Assembly (NCBI GenBank): GCA_036558745.1
Contig: DATBEZ010000003.1
Coordinates: forward strand, 196,352-260,351
Length of the DNA stretch: 64,000 nucleotides
Reading direction: 5' to 3'
Origin: Acidimicrobiia bacterium
Lineage (GTDB): Bacteria > Actinomycetota > Acidimicrobiia > IMCC26256 > JAMXLJ01
A program made the position numbers and the translations under genes. Of this stretch, positions 50,052 through 58,569 are shown piece after piece (the first letter of the stretch is position 1; the number at the start of each line of letters is the position of its first letter). The notes beneath the pieces were generated by a model, which made no database searches, was not told the DNA's origin, and saw nothing but the letters and a program-made list of their open reading frames with translations.

Positions 50052-51506
50052 TCAGGCCGGCTCCGGCGTCCTGATCTGCTCACGGGGCAGACGGAGCGCG
50101 GCGACGAGACCGGCGAGCGTGATGACCATCATGACGACGAGGGCCGCGGCGAAGTGCTTGTTGATCACCGTGGACACGAGCACCGAGCCGACGAGCGCGG
50201 TGCCGAGCGACGATCCGAGATTCGAGATGCTCCGCGAGAGACCGGAGATCTCGCCCTGGTCCTTCTCGGGGAACGCCGACTGCACGACGTTGACCGACGC
50301 CGTGAGCATGATCCCGATCGCGAGCCCGATCACCAGCAGCCCCGGCACGAACGCGAGGATGTTCGAGTGAGCGCGCGCGAACAGCAGCAGGAGGCCCATT
50401 CCGGCCGCGTTCCCGGCGAAGCCGACCCAGATGAGCGTGCGCTGCGGGCGGCGCTGCGCCAGCCGTCCCGCGGCCGCGGACGACACGAGCAGCCCGATCG
50501 TCGAGGGGGTGAGCGCCAGCCCAGTCTCGATCGCGCTGAACCCCCGCACGGTCTGCAGGAACACCGAGACGACGAACGAGGTGCCCTGGAGCGTGAGCCA
50601 CTGGATCAGCTGGGTCGTCAGCCCGAGATTCGCGACGTGGTTGCGGAACAGGCGCGTCGAGAGGAGCGGCTCGCGCCCCTTGCGTTCGTCGGAACGGATG
50701 TGCACGAAGAACCACGCGAGGAGGACCGCTCCGGCCACGACGAAGACCCAGACCGGCGAGACGCCGCCCTCGTGGATCAGGACCGTGTCGCCGACCTTCC
50801 AGTCCGCACGCGACTTCAGCCAGCCGAACGTGCGACTCTCCAGCACACCGATCACGATCAGCACCAGGCCGGCGGCCGAGAGGATCGTCCCCATCACGTC
50901 GAAGCGCGAGGGCGTCGGGGCCGGGTGATCGTCGGGCACGCGTCGAGCGAGGTAGATCACCGCGAGCACGATCGCGATCTGGAGTCCGAACGACGCGCGC
51001 CAGCTGATGGCCGTCGTGATCAGGCCCCCGATGAGCGGGCCCGCTGCGGCGCCGATCCCCGCTGCGCCGCTGACCGCGCCGAAGTACTTCGCCCGGCTCT
51101 TCACGTCGGGGAACATGACCGTGACGAGGATGTAGATCGGCGGGATGAGCAAGGCCGACCCGATCCCCTCGAGGAGCGAGTAGCCGACGACGAGGACGCC
51201 GATGCCCTGCGCGAGCGCCGCGATCAGTGCTCCCGCCCCGTATACGACGAGACCGATGAGGAAGCAACGCTTGCGACCCCATCGGTCGGTCAGCTTGCTG
51301 CCCGGGATCATCAGCGCGGCCATCGTCAGCGTGAACAACGTGATCGCGGTCTGAACACCGCTGACGTCGGTGCCGATGTCCTTCGCGATGCTGTTGATCG
51401 CGACGTTCATGTTCGTGCACGCGTAGCTCGCGACGAACTGCGCGAGCGCGAGCGGAAAGACCGCGGCCCACGGTGAGAACGTCGTCCTCTGCTCGGATGT
51501 CGCCAT
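50052..51506 (-). CDS. MFS transporter (DHA2/EmrB-QacA-like, 14-TM type)
   Basis: ORF 50052..51506. LTDRWGRKRCFLIGLVVYGAGALIAALA and many TM helices. Confidence 0.9.
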   Translation of the reverse strand: MATSEQRTTFSPWAAVFPLALAQFVASYACTNMNVAINSIAKDIGTDVSGVQTAITLFTLTMAALMIPGSKLTDRWGRKRCFLIGLVVYGAGALIAALAQGIGVLVVGYSLLEGIGSALLIPPIYILVTVMFPDVKSRAKYFGAVSGAAGIGAAAGPLIGGLITTAISWRASFGLQIAIVLAVIYLARRVPDDHPAPTPSRFDVMGTILSAAGLVLIVIGVLESRTFGWLKSRADWKVGDTVLIHEGGVSPVWVFVVAGAVLLAWFFVHIRSDERKGREPLLSTRLFRNHVANLGLTTQLIQWLTLQGTSFVVSVFLQTVRGFSAIETGLALTPSTIGLLVSSAAAGRLAQRRPQRTLIWVGFAGNAAGMGLLLLFARAHSNILAFVPGLLVIGLAIGIMLTASVNVVQSAFPEKDQGEISGLSRSISNLGSSLGTALVGSVLVSTVINKHFAAALVVMMVITLAGLVAALRLPREQIRTPEPA

Positions 51507-51537
51507 CGCCGCGACCTCGCTCGGCGTGGAGCCCCGT

Positions 51538-53382
51538 TCAGCCCGCCTCGACGACCCTGACCCGCCCCGACCCGTGGTCGAGCTGGTAGTCGAGGTTCAC
51601 GGCCGCGTTGATCAGCGCGAGGTGCGTGAACGCCTGGGGAAAGTTCCCGAGCTGCTCACCGCTCAGGCCGATCTCCTCCGCGAAGAGTCCGACGTGGTTC
51701 GCGTACGTCAACATCTTCTCGAACGTCAGCCGGGCGTCGTCGAGCCGGCCCGAACGCGCGAGCGCGTCCACGTAGTGGAACGTGCACAGCGAGAACGTGC
51801 CCTCCGACCCGCGCAGCCCGTCGGGCGAAGCGGCCGGGTCGTAGCGGTACACGAGGCTGTCCGACACGAGGACCTTGTCCATGGCCCGCAGCGTCGATTG
51901 CCACTTGTCGTCGGCGGGCGCGATGAAGCCGACGAGCGGCATCAGGAGCAGCGACGCGTCGAGCACGTCGCTGCCCTCGTACTGCACGAACGCCTGCATC
52001 GACTCGTTCCATCCGCGCGTCATGACCGCGCGGTAGACGTCGTCGCGCCCGCGGATCCACCGGTCGAGCGCGGCCGGACGGCCGTGGTCCACGGCCATCC
52101 GGATGGCCCGGTCGAACGCGACCCACGTCATGACGCGGCCGTACGTGAACGGCTTGCGCCCGCCGCGTGTCTCCCAGATCCCCTCATCGGGCTGGTCCCA
52201 GTTGTCGCACAACCAATCGATCAGCCGCACGATGTCGTTCCACGCGTCATCCGTCACGCCGGCCGCCGGCAGGGTCACGTCGGCCAACCGGACGGAATCC
52301 ATCGCCTCGCCGAAGATGTCGAGCTGGAGCTGGGTCGCAGCGCCGTTGCCGATGCGCACGGGCCGCGAGCCGCGGTATCCCTCGAAGTGGTCGAGGGTCT
52401 CCTCCTCGAGGTCCGGGCTGCCGTCGATGCGGTACATGATGTTGAGCGGGATGTCGCCCTGCGTCGCGGCGTTCGCCTCCGCGGTGCGCCGCAACCACTT
52501 CCCGAACGCGGCCGCCTCGTCGATGTATCCGAGACCGAGCAGCGCGTAGACGGAGAACGACGCGTCGCGCACCCACGTGTAGCGATAGTCCCAGTTCCGT
52601 TCGCCGCCAACCTGCTCGGGGAGACCGGCGGTCGGCGCGGCGACCAACCCGCCGGTCGGCGCGTACGTCATGAGCTTGAGCGTGATGGCCGAGCGCTGGA
52701 CCGCTTCGCGCCAGCGACCCGCGTAGCGGCTCTTCGCCACCCAGTCCTTCCAGAACCCGATCGTGTCCGCGAAGAGGGCCAGCATCTCGCCGTGCCCGAT
52801 CGTCTGGGGCGTGGTGAGCTCGCCGGATTCGAGGACGAAGCCGAACAGGTCGCCCGGCTTGACCGTGAACCGCGCGCTGACGTCGTCGCCGTCGTGCTTG
52901 AGGGGCATCGTTGCCGTGAGGTTGAGCGTCAGCCCGGGCGACTCGAACACGGCGGTCGGGCCGTCCACATGAGTCTTGTGGGATTGGCGCGCGTAGTCGA
53001 AGCGCGGCCGGATGCACGCGTCGAACTCGACCTCGCCGCGGATACCTCGGATACCGCGCACGAGCCGGTGATGGTCGGTCACGACCTCCGGATCCTCGAT
53101 GGGCATGAAGTCGATCACCTCGGCGACGCCGGCCGGCGACAGCGACCGGGTGACGACGACCGCGGTGTCGGGCAGGTACATCTGCTTCGTCACGTGGTCG
53201 GTGCTCGTCGGGCAGAGGTCGAAGCTGCCGCCCTTCTCCTGGTCGAGCAACGACGCGAACACGGCCGGCGAGTCGAAGCGCGGGCAACAGAACCAGTCGA
53301 CGGAGCCACCCGTGGTCACGAGCGCCGCCGTCTGCAGGTCACCGATGAGGGCGTGGTCGGCGATGGCCGGGTACTCGGACAT
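51538..53382 (-). CDS. glycoside hydrolase family 15 (glucoamylase/trehalase-type)
   Basis: In frame of ORF 51538..53469, starting at ATG 53382. IADHALIGDLQTAALVTTGGSVDWFCCPRFDSPAVFASLLD...WDYRYTWVRDASF...FTHLALINAA. Confidence 0.9.
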   Translation of the reverse strand: MSEYPAIADHALIGDLQTAALVTTGGSVDWFCCPRFDSPAVFASLLDQEKGGSFDLCPTSTDHVTKQMYLPDTAVVVTRSLSPAGVAEVIDFMPIEDPEVVTDHHRLVRGIRGIRGEVEFDACIRPRFDYARQSHKTHVDGPTAVFESPGLTLNLTATMPLKHDGDDVSARFTVKPGDLFGFVLESGELTTPQTIGHGEMLALFADTIGFWKDWVAKSRYAGRWREAVQRSAITLKLMTYAPTGGLVAAPTAGLPEQVGGERNWDYRYTWVRDASFSVYALLGLGYIDEAAAFGKWLRRTAEANAATQGDIPLNIMYRIDGSPDLEEETLDHFEGYRGSRPVRIGNGAATQLQLDIFGEAMDSVRLADVTLPAAGVTDDAWNDIVRLIDWLCDNWDQPDEGIWETRGGRKPFTYGRVMTWVAFDRAIRMAVDHGRPAALDRWIRGRDDVYRAVMTRGWNESMQAFVQYEGSDVLDASLLLMPLVGFIAPADDKWQSTLRAMDKVLVSDSLVYRYDPAASPDGLRGSEGTFSLCTFHYVDALARSGRLDDARLTFEKMLTYANHVGLFAEEIGLSGEQLGNFPQAFTHLALINAAVNLDYQLDHGSGRVRVVEAG

Positions 53383-53465
53383 GGCCACTCCTCGTGTCGC
53401 GTCGAGAGGGGATCGCGCAGACAACCGAACGTGCTCGACGCTCGCAGACTCCGAGCGTCGCCCCA

Positions 53466-53482
53466 TCATCCCGGCGGGGTGA
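53466..53482. promoter_or_regulatory. palindrome copy 5 (1 mismatch): TCATCCcggcgGGGTGA
   Basis: Sits in the divergent gap between GH15-MFS (start 53382) and the PLDc_N-SHOCT gene (start 53643). Confidence 0.45.
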
Positions 53483-53642
53483 AAGCGCTCGCACCGTCCG
53501 CCCGACGGGTGCCCGCCGACGCGCGAATCGCCCGCTGTGGGGGATGGCCGCGATGAGGAAACCGATCACCCTGGCTGCGGTACGAGGTGGAGCGGGACTT
53601 ATCCGGTTCCCCCGATGAGGGGACGAGTTGGAGGAAGCAGTC

Positions 53643-54047
53643 GTGACGCTTGCAGCAGATTGGGGATCCGGCCAGGTCCTGTTGTCGATGCTGTGGTTCT
53701 TCCTGTTCTTCGTGTGGATCTGGCTCTTGATCGTCGTCTTCGCGGACATCTTCCGCAGCCCCGACATGGGCGGGTGGGCGAAGGCACTGTGGACGATCTT
53801 CGTCATCGTGATGCCGTACCTGGGCGTGTTCATCTACTTGATCGCCCGCGGCCACAAGATGGGTGAGCACGCGGCGCAGCAGGCACAGGCCCAGGACGCG
53901 GCGTTTCGCGCCTACGTGAAGGACGCGGCCGGCAACGGCTCGAGCAGCCCGGCGGCCGAGCTCGACCGGCTCGCCGACCTCAAGGCGCGCGGCGTGATCG
54001 ACGACGCCGAGTTCACGCGCCTGAAGGCAAAGGTCGTCAGCGCCTGA
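53643..54047 (+). CDS. PLD-nuclease-N-terminal-type (PLDc_N) membrane domain + SHOCT domain protein
   Basis: In frame of ORF 53628..54047 (TTG). GTG 53643 is 7 nt after GGAGGA. LWFFLFFVWIWLLIVVFADIFRSPDMGGWAKALWTIFVIVMPYLGVFIYLIARG, then C-terminal ELDRLADLKARGVIDDAEFTRLKAKV (SHOCT). Confidence 0.8.
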   Translation: MTLAADWGSGQVLLSMLWFFLFFVWIWLLIVVFADIFRSPDMGGWAKALWTIFVIVMPYLGVFIYLIARGHKMGEHAAQQAQAQDAAFRAYVKDAAGNGSSSPAAELDRLADLKARGVIDDAEFTRLKAKVVSA

Positions 54048-54072
54048 TCCCTCTGGGGCGTTGACCAAGGCG

Positions 54073-54114
54073 CCCGGCGCGATGTGGTGAGTCCCGCTCC
54101 CACATCGCGCCGGG
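54073..54114. terminator. stem-loop between convergent PLDc_N-SHOCT and PPK2 genes
   Basis: CCCGGCGCGATGTGG-(12 nt)-CCACATCGCGCCGGG, a perfect 15-bp stem. Confidence 0.6.
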
Positions 54115-54166
54115 TTCGTCGCGCGCATCACCCGGTTCGGTCGATAGGCGCGCGCGGCGACCGGCG

Positions 54167-55165
54167 TTACGCGTGCTGCTCCGCCTTCTTGCCGTTCCGG
54201 CTCCCGAGCTCCGTCGCGATCGGGTCGGGGGCCGCACCCGGTGGTGCCTCCGCCTCGAGCTGGGTCTTCACGGCCGCCAGCTCCTCGAGCTTCTCGGGTC
54301 CGACCTTCGGGTACTCCGGTCCGATCTCGATGAGGGTGTGGGCCAGGATCGCGGACACGCAGAGGCGCGCGAACCACTTCCGGTCCGCGGGGACCACGTA
54401 CCACGGGGCCCACGGCGTGCTCGTCGCCGACAGCATCTCGGAGAACGCGTCCTGGTAGTCGTCCCAGTACGCGCGTTCGCGCACGTCGTTGGGCGAGAAC
54501 TTCCAGTTCTTCTCGGGCACGTCGATGCGCGCGAGGAAGCGGCAGCGCTGCTCCTCCTTCGACAGGTTGAGGAACAGCTTCACGACCGTGATGCCGTTCT
54601 CCGTGAGGTAGCGCTCCCAGTCGTTGATCTGGCGGTAGCGACGGCGCCAGATCCCCTTGTCCTTGGCCTTGGGCGGCAGCTTCTGACGGTCGAGGTTCTC
54701 GGGATGCACGCGCACAACGAGGACCTCCTCGTAGTGTGAGCGGTTGAAGATGCCGATCTCGCCGCGCGCCGGGAGTCGTCGCGCGTACCGCCAGAGGTAG
54801 TCGTGGTCGAGCTCCTCCGAGGAGGGAACCTTGAAGCTCGTCACGTGGACGCCCTGCGGGTTCACCCCGCTCATGACATGGCGGATCGCGCCGTCCTTGC
54901 CGCCCGCGTCGAGCGCCTGCAGGCACACGAGAACGCCACGCTTGTCCTGCGCCGCGAGACGCGACTGGTACTCCGACAGCAGCGTCACGCCCGTCTGGAG
55001 CATGCCGGCGCCGTCCTTCTTCTTGACGAAGTCCGCCTTGTAGCGCGGGTCGAAGTCCCGCGCGAGGTGGACGCTCGAGCCGGGCTTCACACGCAACGGC
55101 TTGATGGCCTCGGCGATGCGCGTCGCTCTGTCGTCCGCCACACCGACTCCTTTCGGGTCACTCAC
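54167..55165 (-). CDS. ppk2: polyphosphate kinase 2 family protein (polyP:nucleotide phosphotransferase)
   Basis: ORF 54167..55165. GTG 55165 overlaps the upstream stop. GTG 55141, 5 nt after AAGGAG, is an alternative start. VLVCLQALDAGGKDGAIRHV...EELDHDYLWRYARRLPARGEIGIFNRSHYEEVLVVRV. Confidence 0.9.
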   Translation of the reverse strand: MSDPKGVGVADDRATRIAEAIKPLRVKPGSSVHLARDFDPRYKADFVKKKDGAGMLQTGVTLLSEYQSRLAAQDKRGVLVCLQALDAGGKDGAIRHVMSGVNPQGVHVTSFKVPSSEELDHDYLWRYARRLPARGEIGIFNRSHYEEVLVVRVHPENLDRQKLPPKAKDKGIWRRRYRQINDWERYLTENGITVVKLFLNLSKEEQRCRFLARIDVPEKNWKFSPNDVRERAYWDDYQDAFSEMLSATSTPWAPWYVVPADRKWFARLCVSAILAHTLIEIGPEYPKVGPEKLEELAAVKTQLEAEAPPGAAPDPIATELGSRNGKKAEQHA

Positions 55166-55626
55166 GCCGGGTCGCGCCGACGGCGTGCTTCGTCGCCCGA
55201 GAGCAGACCGAGTCCCTGCATGAACGCGACCTCGTCCCAGTACTGGCGAAACGCCTTGATCCGCGACCCCCGGAATTCGGCGACCGTGACACCGCGCAGC
55301 TCAAGCCTTCGCCCGGTCGCATCGACGACCATCTCGTCGTCGAGGACCAATGGTCCGCTGTGAGTCGCTGTCACCGACCACTCTGCATAGCCGTGATCGT
55401 CGGCGATGTCGATGGGCCGCACGGTGATGTCGACGTCGGTGAAGGCGCCGACGCGCTGCTCGAGCTCGACCGCGAGCTCGTCGCGTGAGCACACGACGAG
55501 CGCCGGAGACCAACCCTTGACGTCGTCGGTGTACAGGTCGGGAAGGAGCGCGGTGTCGCCCGCGATGCTCACCTCCAACGCGAGGCGGAGGTTCGCGGCC
55601 CGCTCCTCCTCGAGCGGCGTCGTCAT
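55162..55626 (-). CDS. NTF2-like / SnoaL-like (ester-cyclase type) protein
   Basis: In frame of ORF 55162..55650. ATG 55626 is 5 nt after GAGGAG. ANLRLALEVSIAGD...LYTDDVKGWSP...RGVTVAEFRGSRIKAFRQYWDEVA. Confidence 0.7.
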   Translation of the reverse strand: MTTPLEEERAANLRLALEVSIAGDTALLPDLYTDDVKGWSPALVVCSRDELAVELEQRVGAFTDVDITVRPIDIADDHGYAEWSVTATHSGPLVLDDEMVVDATGRRLELRGVTVAEFRGSRIKAFRQYWDEVAFMQGLGLLSGDEARRRRDPA

Positions 55627-55646
55627 GATGGCTCCTCGTCGTCCGG

Positions 55647-55931
55647 TCACACGCCGAGCACCTGCGCCTTCGCCGTGCCGAACTCCGCGTCGGTCAGAGC
55701 GCCCGCATCGTGGAGCCGTGCGAGGCGCTCGAGCTGACCGGTGCGATCGGCCGACGCCACGACGGCGGGCGGCGAGGAGGACGAGCGGTAGGCGGATGGA
55801 GGCGGCGGATTGCCCATGGCGTGCCCGCCGCCGGCACGGCCGCGGGTGCCGGCGCGACCGGAAGCCTTCCCGGTCGCGTCACCGGCTGCGAGTCGGAGGA
55901 GTGACCGGCTCGGTCGCATGAGCAGCGCCAT
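55647..55931 (-). CDS. SHOCT-domain protein with a disordered Gly/Arg/Pro-rich N-terminus
   Basis: In frame of ORF 55647..55997, starting at ATG 55931. C-terminal GQLERLARLHDAGALTDAEFGTAKAQVLGV is a SHOCT motif. Confidence 0.6.
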   Translation of the reverse strand: MALLMRPSRSLLRLAAGDATGKASGRAGTRGRAGGGHAMGNPPPPSAYRSSSSPPAVVASADRTGQLERLARLHDAGALTDAEFGTAKAQVLGV

Positions 55932-56024
55932 GGACACCCCACTCCTTCGGCGGCCTCGACGACGGGCACGAGAGTCCCACTCGTGCACGGTGTGCATCGC
56001 ATCGCGCGCGCGACGGGTGCGACA

Positions 56025-56041
56025 TCACCCAGCCGGGGTGA
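56025..56041. promoter_or_regulatory. palindrome copy 6: TCACCCagccgGGGTGA
   Basis: Perfect arms. Sits in the divergent gap between SHOCT-NTF2-PPK2 (start 55931) and lipoprotein-DUF2252 (start 56138). Confidence 0.6.
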
Positions 56042-56058
56042 ACCTCCGGTTCGGGCGT

Positions 56059-56075
56059 TCACCCCGTCCGGGTGA
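56059..56075. promoter_or_regulatory. palindrome copy 7: TCACCCcgtccGGGTGA
   Basis: Perfect arms. Centre is 34 bp from copy 6. Its flank, GGGTGATGCC, is identical to that of copy 1. Confidence 0.6.
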
Positions 56076-56137
56076 TGCCCGGCCCCGCCCGTCCGCGGTG
56101 CGATGCACGAGGTCCGGCGATCGACGGGAGGTCCCCC

Positions 56138-56659
56138 ATGGGCACTCGCGCGCGGCTCTCGATCGCGCTCCTTCTGCTCGCGCTCCTCGGCGCGAGCGCG
56201 TGCTCGAGCTCCGGGTCGAGCTCGAAGAGCACATCGAATTCGAAATCGACGTCGACCACCACGAAGACGTACTCGATCTCGACGAGCGAGGGTGAGGCGT
56301 CGGTCTCACTCGACGGCAAGCTGCCCGCGGGATGGCCGCAGGGCTTCCCGGTCCCGTCCGGCGCGGACGCGGCGGGCTCCGGATCCGTCGCGGGCAAGTC
56401 CGAGGGTGTGATGGTCGGCGTGTACACGTTGTCGGGCTCCGCGCAGGACGCGTACAACTTCTACAAGAGCAACAGCCAGCTGACCGTCACGAGCTCGTCG
56501 TCCGTCGGCTCGAACAAGGCCTTCGTCGGCATGGTGAGCTTCAAGGGCTCCTACGACGGCTCCGTCACCATCGGTGCGGTCGGTGATACCAACGGACTGG
56601 TCGTCGTGCTGAACACGGGCGGTACGACGGGTTCGTCGTCGAGCACGACCGCTGCGTGA
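56138..56659 (+). CDS. putative lipoprotein, hypothetical
   Basis: In frame of ORF 56072..56659. ATG 56138 follows GGGAGG. Signal peptide plus lipobox: MGTRARLSIALLLLALLGASAC. Ser/Thr linker then a mixed-composition domain. Confidence 0.7.
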   Translation: MGTRARLSIALLLLALLGASACSSSGSSSKSTSNSKSTSTTTKTYSISTSEGEASVSLDGKLPAGWPQGFPVPSGADAAGSGSVAGKSEGVMVGVYTLSGSAQDAYNFYKSNSQLTVTSSSSVGSNKAFVGMVSFKGSYDGSVTIGAVGDTNGLVVVLNTGGTTGSSSSTTAA

Positions 56660-56675
56660 CCGACGGGAGGTTGCC

Positions 56676-58121
56676 ATGACGGTGGACGTGCAGGCGCCGT
56701 CGGAAACGGCCGTCCGGCGCATCGACCATCCCAGCGCGGACGAACGAGCCGCGCGCGGCCGCGAGGCGCGCCGTCTCGTCCCGCGCTCGTCGCACGCGGG
56801 GTGGAAGCCCGCCGACGACCGATCCGACCCCGTCGCCCTCCTGCAGGAGCAGGACCGCACTCGCGAGCCTGATCTCGTGCCGGTGCGTCACGGACGGATG
56901 ATGGCTTCGCCGTTCACGTTCTATCGCGGCGCGGCGAAGGTCATGGCCGCCGACCTCGAGGGCACACCCCGCGCCGGGCTCGAGGTGCAGCTCTGTGGCG
57001 ACGCGCACCTCTCGAACTTCGGCGTCTTCGCGTCACCCGAGCGCACACTGCTCTTCGATCTCAACGACTTCGACGAGACGCTGCCAGGCCCGTTCGAGTA
57101 CGACGTGGCGCGACTCGCTGCCAGCTTCGCCATCGCTGCACGCAACAACGGCTTCGCGGGCGCGGACGTCGCCGAAGCCGCGACGGCGACGGTGCGCTCG
57201 TACCGGAATGCCATCGCGGAGTTCGCCGAGATGGGAAACCTCGCGATCTGGTATTCGCGCCTTCCTGCCGACGACGTCCTCGATCTGATCCGTCGATCTG
57301 CGACCTCGAAGAAGGAACGGGTCGGCACCGCCCGGGCGGAGAAGCTCGTCGCGCAGGCGCGTACGCGCGACAGCGTGCAGGCGCTCGCGAAGCTGGGTGA
57401 GCTCGTCGACGGCCAGTACCGCATCGTGAGCCAGCCACCGCTCATCGTCCCCTTGCGCGACGTGGCCCTGCACTACGGGCTCGACCCCAAGGAGACGGAG
57501 GACGGGATCCGCGTCCTGTTGCGTCAGTACCGCGCGACGCTCGAGGACGATCGCCGCCACCTCCTGGACGGCTTCCAGGTCGTCGACGTCGCCCGAAAGG
57601 TCGTCGGCGTCGGCAGTGTCGGCACACGCGCCTTCATCGCGCTGCTCCAAGGCCGCGACGAAGCGGACCCGCTGTTCCTCCAGGTGAAGGAGGCGACGAC
57701 CTCGGTCCTGGAAGACCACCTGCCGAAGAGTCGATACGCGAACCACGGTGAGCGCGTCGTGCGGGGCCAACGCATGATGCAGGCCGCGAGCGACATCTTC
57801 CTCGGGTGGACGAGGGGCCTCGACGTCGACCGCCACTATTATTGGCGCCAGCTTCGCGACATGAAGGGTTCGGCGGCGGTCGAGACGATGTCGCCCCTCG
57901 CGATGAGCGTCTACGCGGGAATGTGCGGTTGGACGCTGGCCCGCGCGCACGCACGATCCGGTGACCCGATCGCGATCAACGCCTACCTCGGTCGCCGCGA
58001 CAGCTTCGACCGCGCCATGACCGACTTCGCGTGCCGGTACGCGGATCAGAACGAACGCGATTACGAACGGTTCGTCGACGCGATCCACGACGGAGCGCTC
58101 GAAGCCGAGGAGGGCGTCTGA
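56676..58121 (+). CDS. DUF2252 domain protein
   Basis: ORF 56676..58121. RHGRMMASPFTFYRGAAKVMAADL...CGDAHLSNFGVFASPERTLLFDLNDFDETLPGPFEYDVARLAASF is the DUF2252 signature. Confidence 0.85.
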   Translation: MTVDVQAPSETAVRRIDHPSADERAARGREARRLVPRSSHAGWKPADDRSDPVALLQEQDRTREPDLVPVRHGRMMASPFTFYRGAAKVMAADLEGTPRAGLEVQLCGDAHLSNFGVFASPERTLLFDLNDFDETLPGPFEYDVARLAASFAIAARNNGFAGADVAEAATATVRSYRNAIAEFAEMGNLAIWYSRLPADDVLDLIRRSATSKKERVGTARAEKLVAQARTRDSVQALAKLGELVDGQYRIVSQPPLIVPLRDVALHYGLDPKETEDGIRVLLRQYRATLEDDRRHLLDGFQVVDVARKVVGVGSVGTRAFIALLQGRDEADPLFLQVKEATTSVLEDHLPKSRYANHGERVVRGQRMMQAASDIFLGWTRGLDVDRHYYWRQLRDMKGSAAVETMSPLAMSVYAGMCGWTLARAHARSGDPIAINAYLGRRDSFDRAMTDFACRYADQNERDYERFVDAIHDGALEAEEGV

Positions 58122-58216
58122 GCGAGAGCGTCGAGGCACGCTTCGGTCCGGACGCGAATTCCGTGTTCAACCGACGCGGATCAGGGAAACGACTGAAGGA
58201 CCGAATCTCCCCGGGG

Positions 58217-58429
58217 ATGCAGACGATGACCGCTGGCGACACGGCTCGGAGTGGTGCCCTCCACCCTGCGATCGCGGCCGAGATGGCGACCCTGCTGCGC
58301 GAATCCGCCGACACCGTCGAAGAGCTGGCCGGGTGCGGCGACGCCCGGGCCCGGCTCGCGCTCTGGCAGCAGCTCGCGTCGCACATGGCGAGGTTCGACA
58401 CGCTGCTCCCCGAGGAGCTGCCTCTCTGA
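58217..58429 (+). CDS. small (70 aa) hypothetical protein
   Basis: 3' part of ORF 58031..58429, from ATG 58217 (or 58226). GC3 is high. HPAIAAEMATLLRESADTVEELAGCGDARARLALWQQLASHMARFDTLL. Followed by the hairpin GGGGGA-N6-TCCCCC. Confidence 0.45.
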   Translation: MQTMTAGDTARSGALHPAIAAEMATLLRESADTVEELAGCGDARARLALWQQLASHMARFDTLLPEELPL

Positions 58430-58569
58430 GCGCAGCCGCCTGGGGCATCGAGGGCCGCCGGGGGACGTTCATCCCCCTCGGATGACGACCGTTCGGGCGA
58501 CCGGACGCGAGAGTGCCGGCACACGCGCACTCCAGCGCGGTCCGAGTCGTCGAGCCGGAGGCGGTTGTG

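Noticed and set aside
54128-54144. Additional TCACCC half-sites: TCACCCggttcGGTCGA at 54128-54144 and TCACCC at 60027-60032
   Set aside because: The partner arm has two or more mismatches or is absent. The first lies 3' of the PPK2 stop, not in a promoter gap. Neither is counted among the eight copies.
56035-56065. Resemblance of the extended arms (GTTCACCCC) to the Streptomyces PhoP PHO-box core GTTCACC, tempting given PPK2 next door
   Set aside because: PHO boxes are direct 11-nt repeats, whereas these sites are inverted repeats with a 5-nt spacer. Most copies also lack the GT extension (ATCACCC, CTCACCC).
58460-58477. GGGGGAcgttcaTCCCCC inverted repeat after the 70-aa ORF
   Set aside because: It has a different sequence and the opposite arm order from the regulon palindrome. 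It is best explained as a simple terminator-type hairpin.
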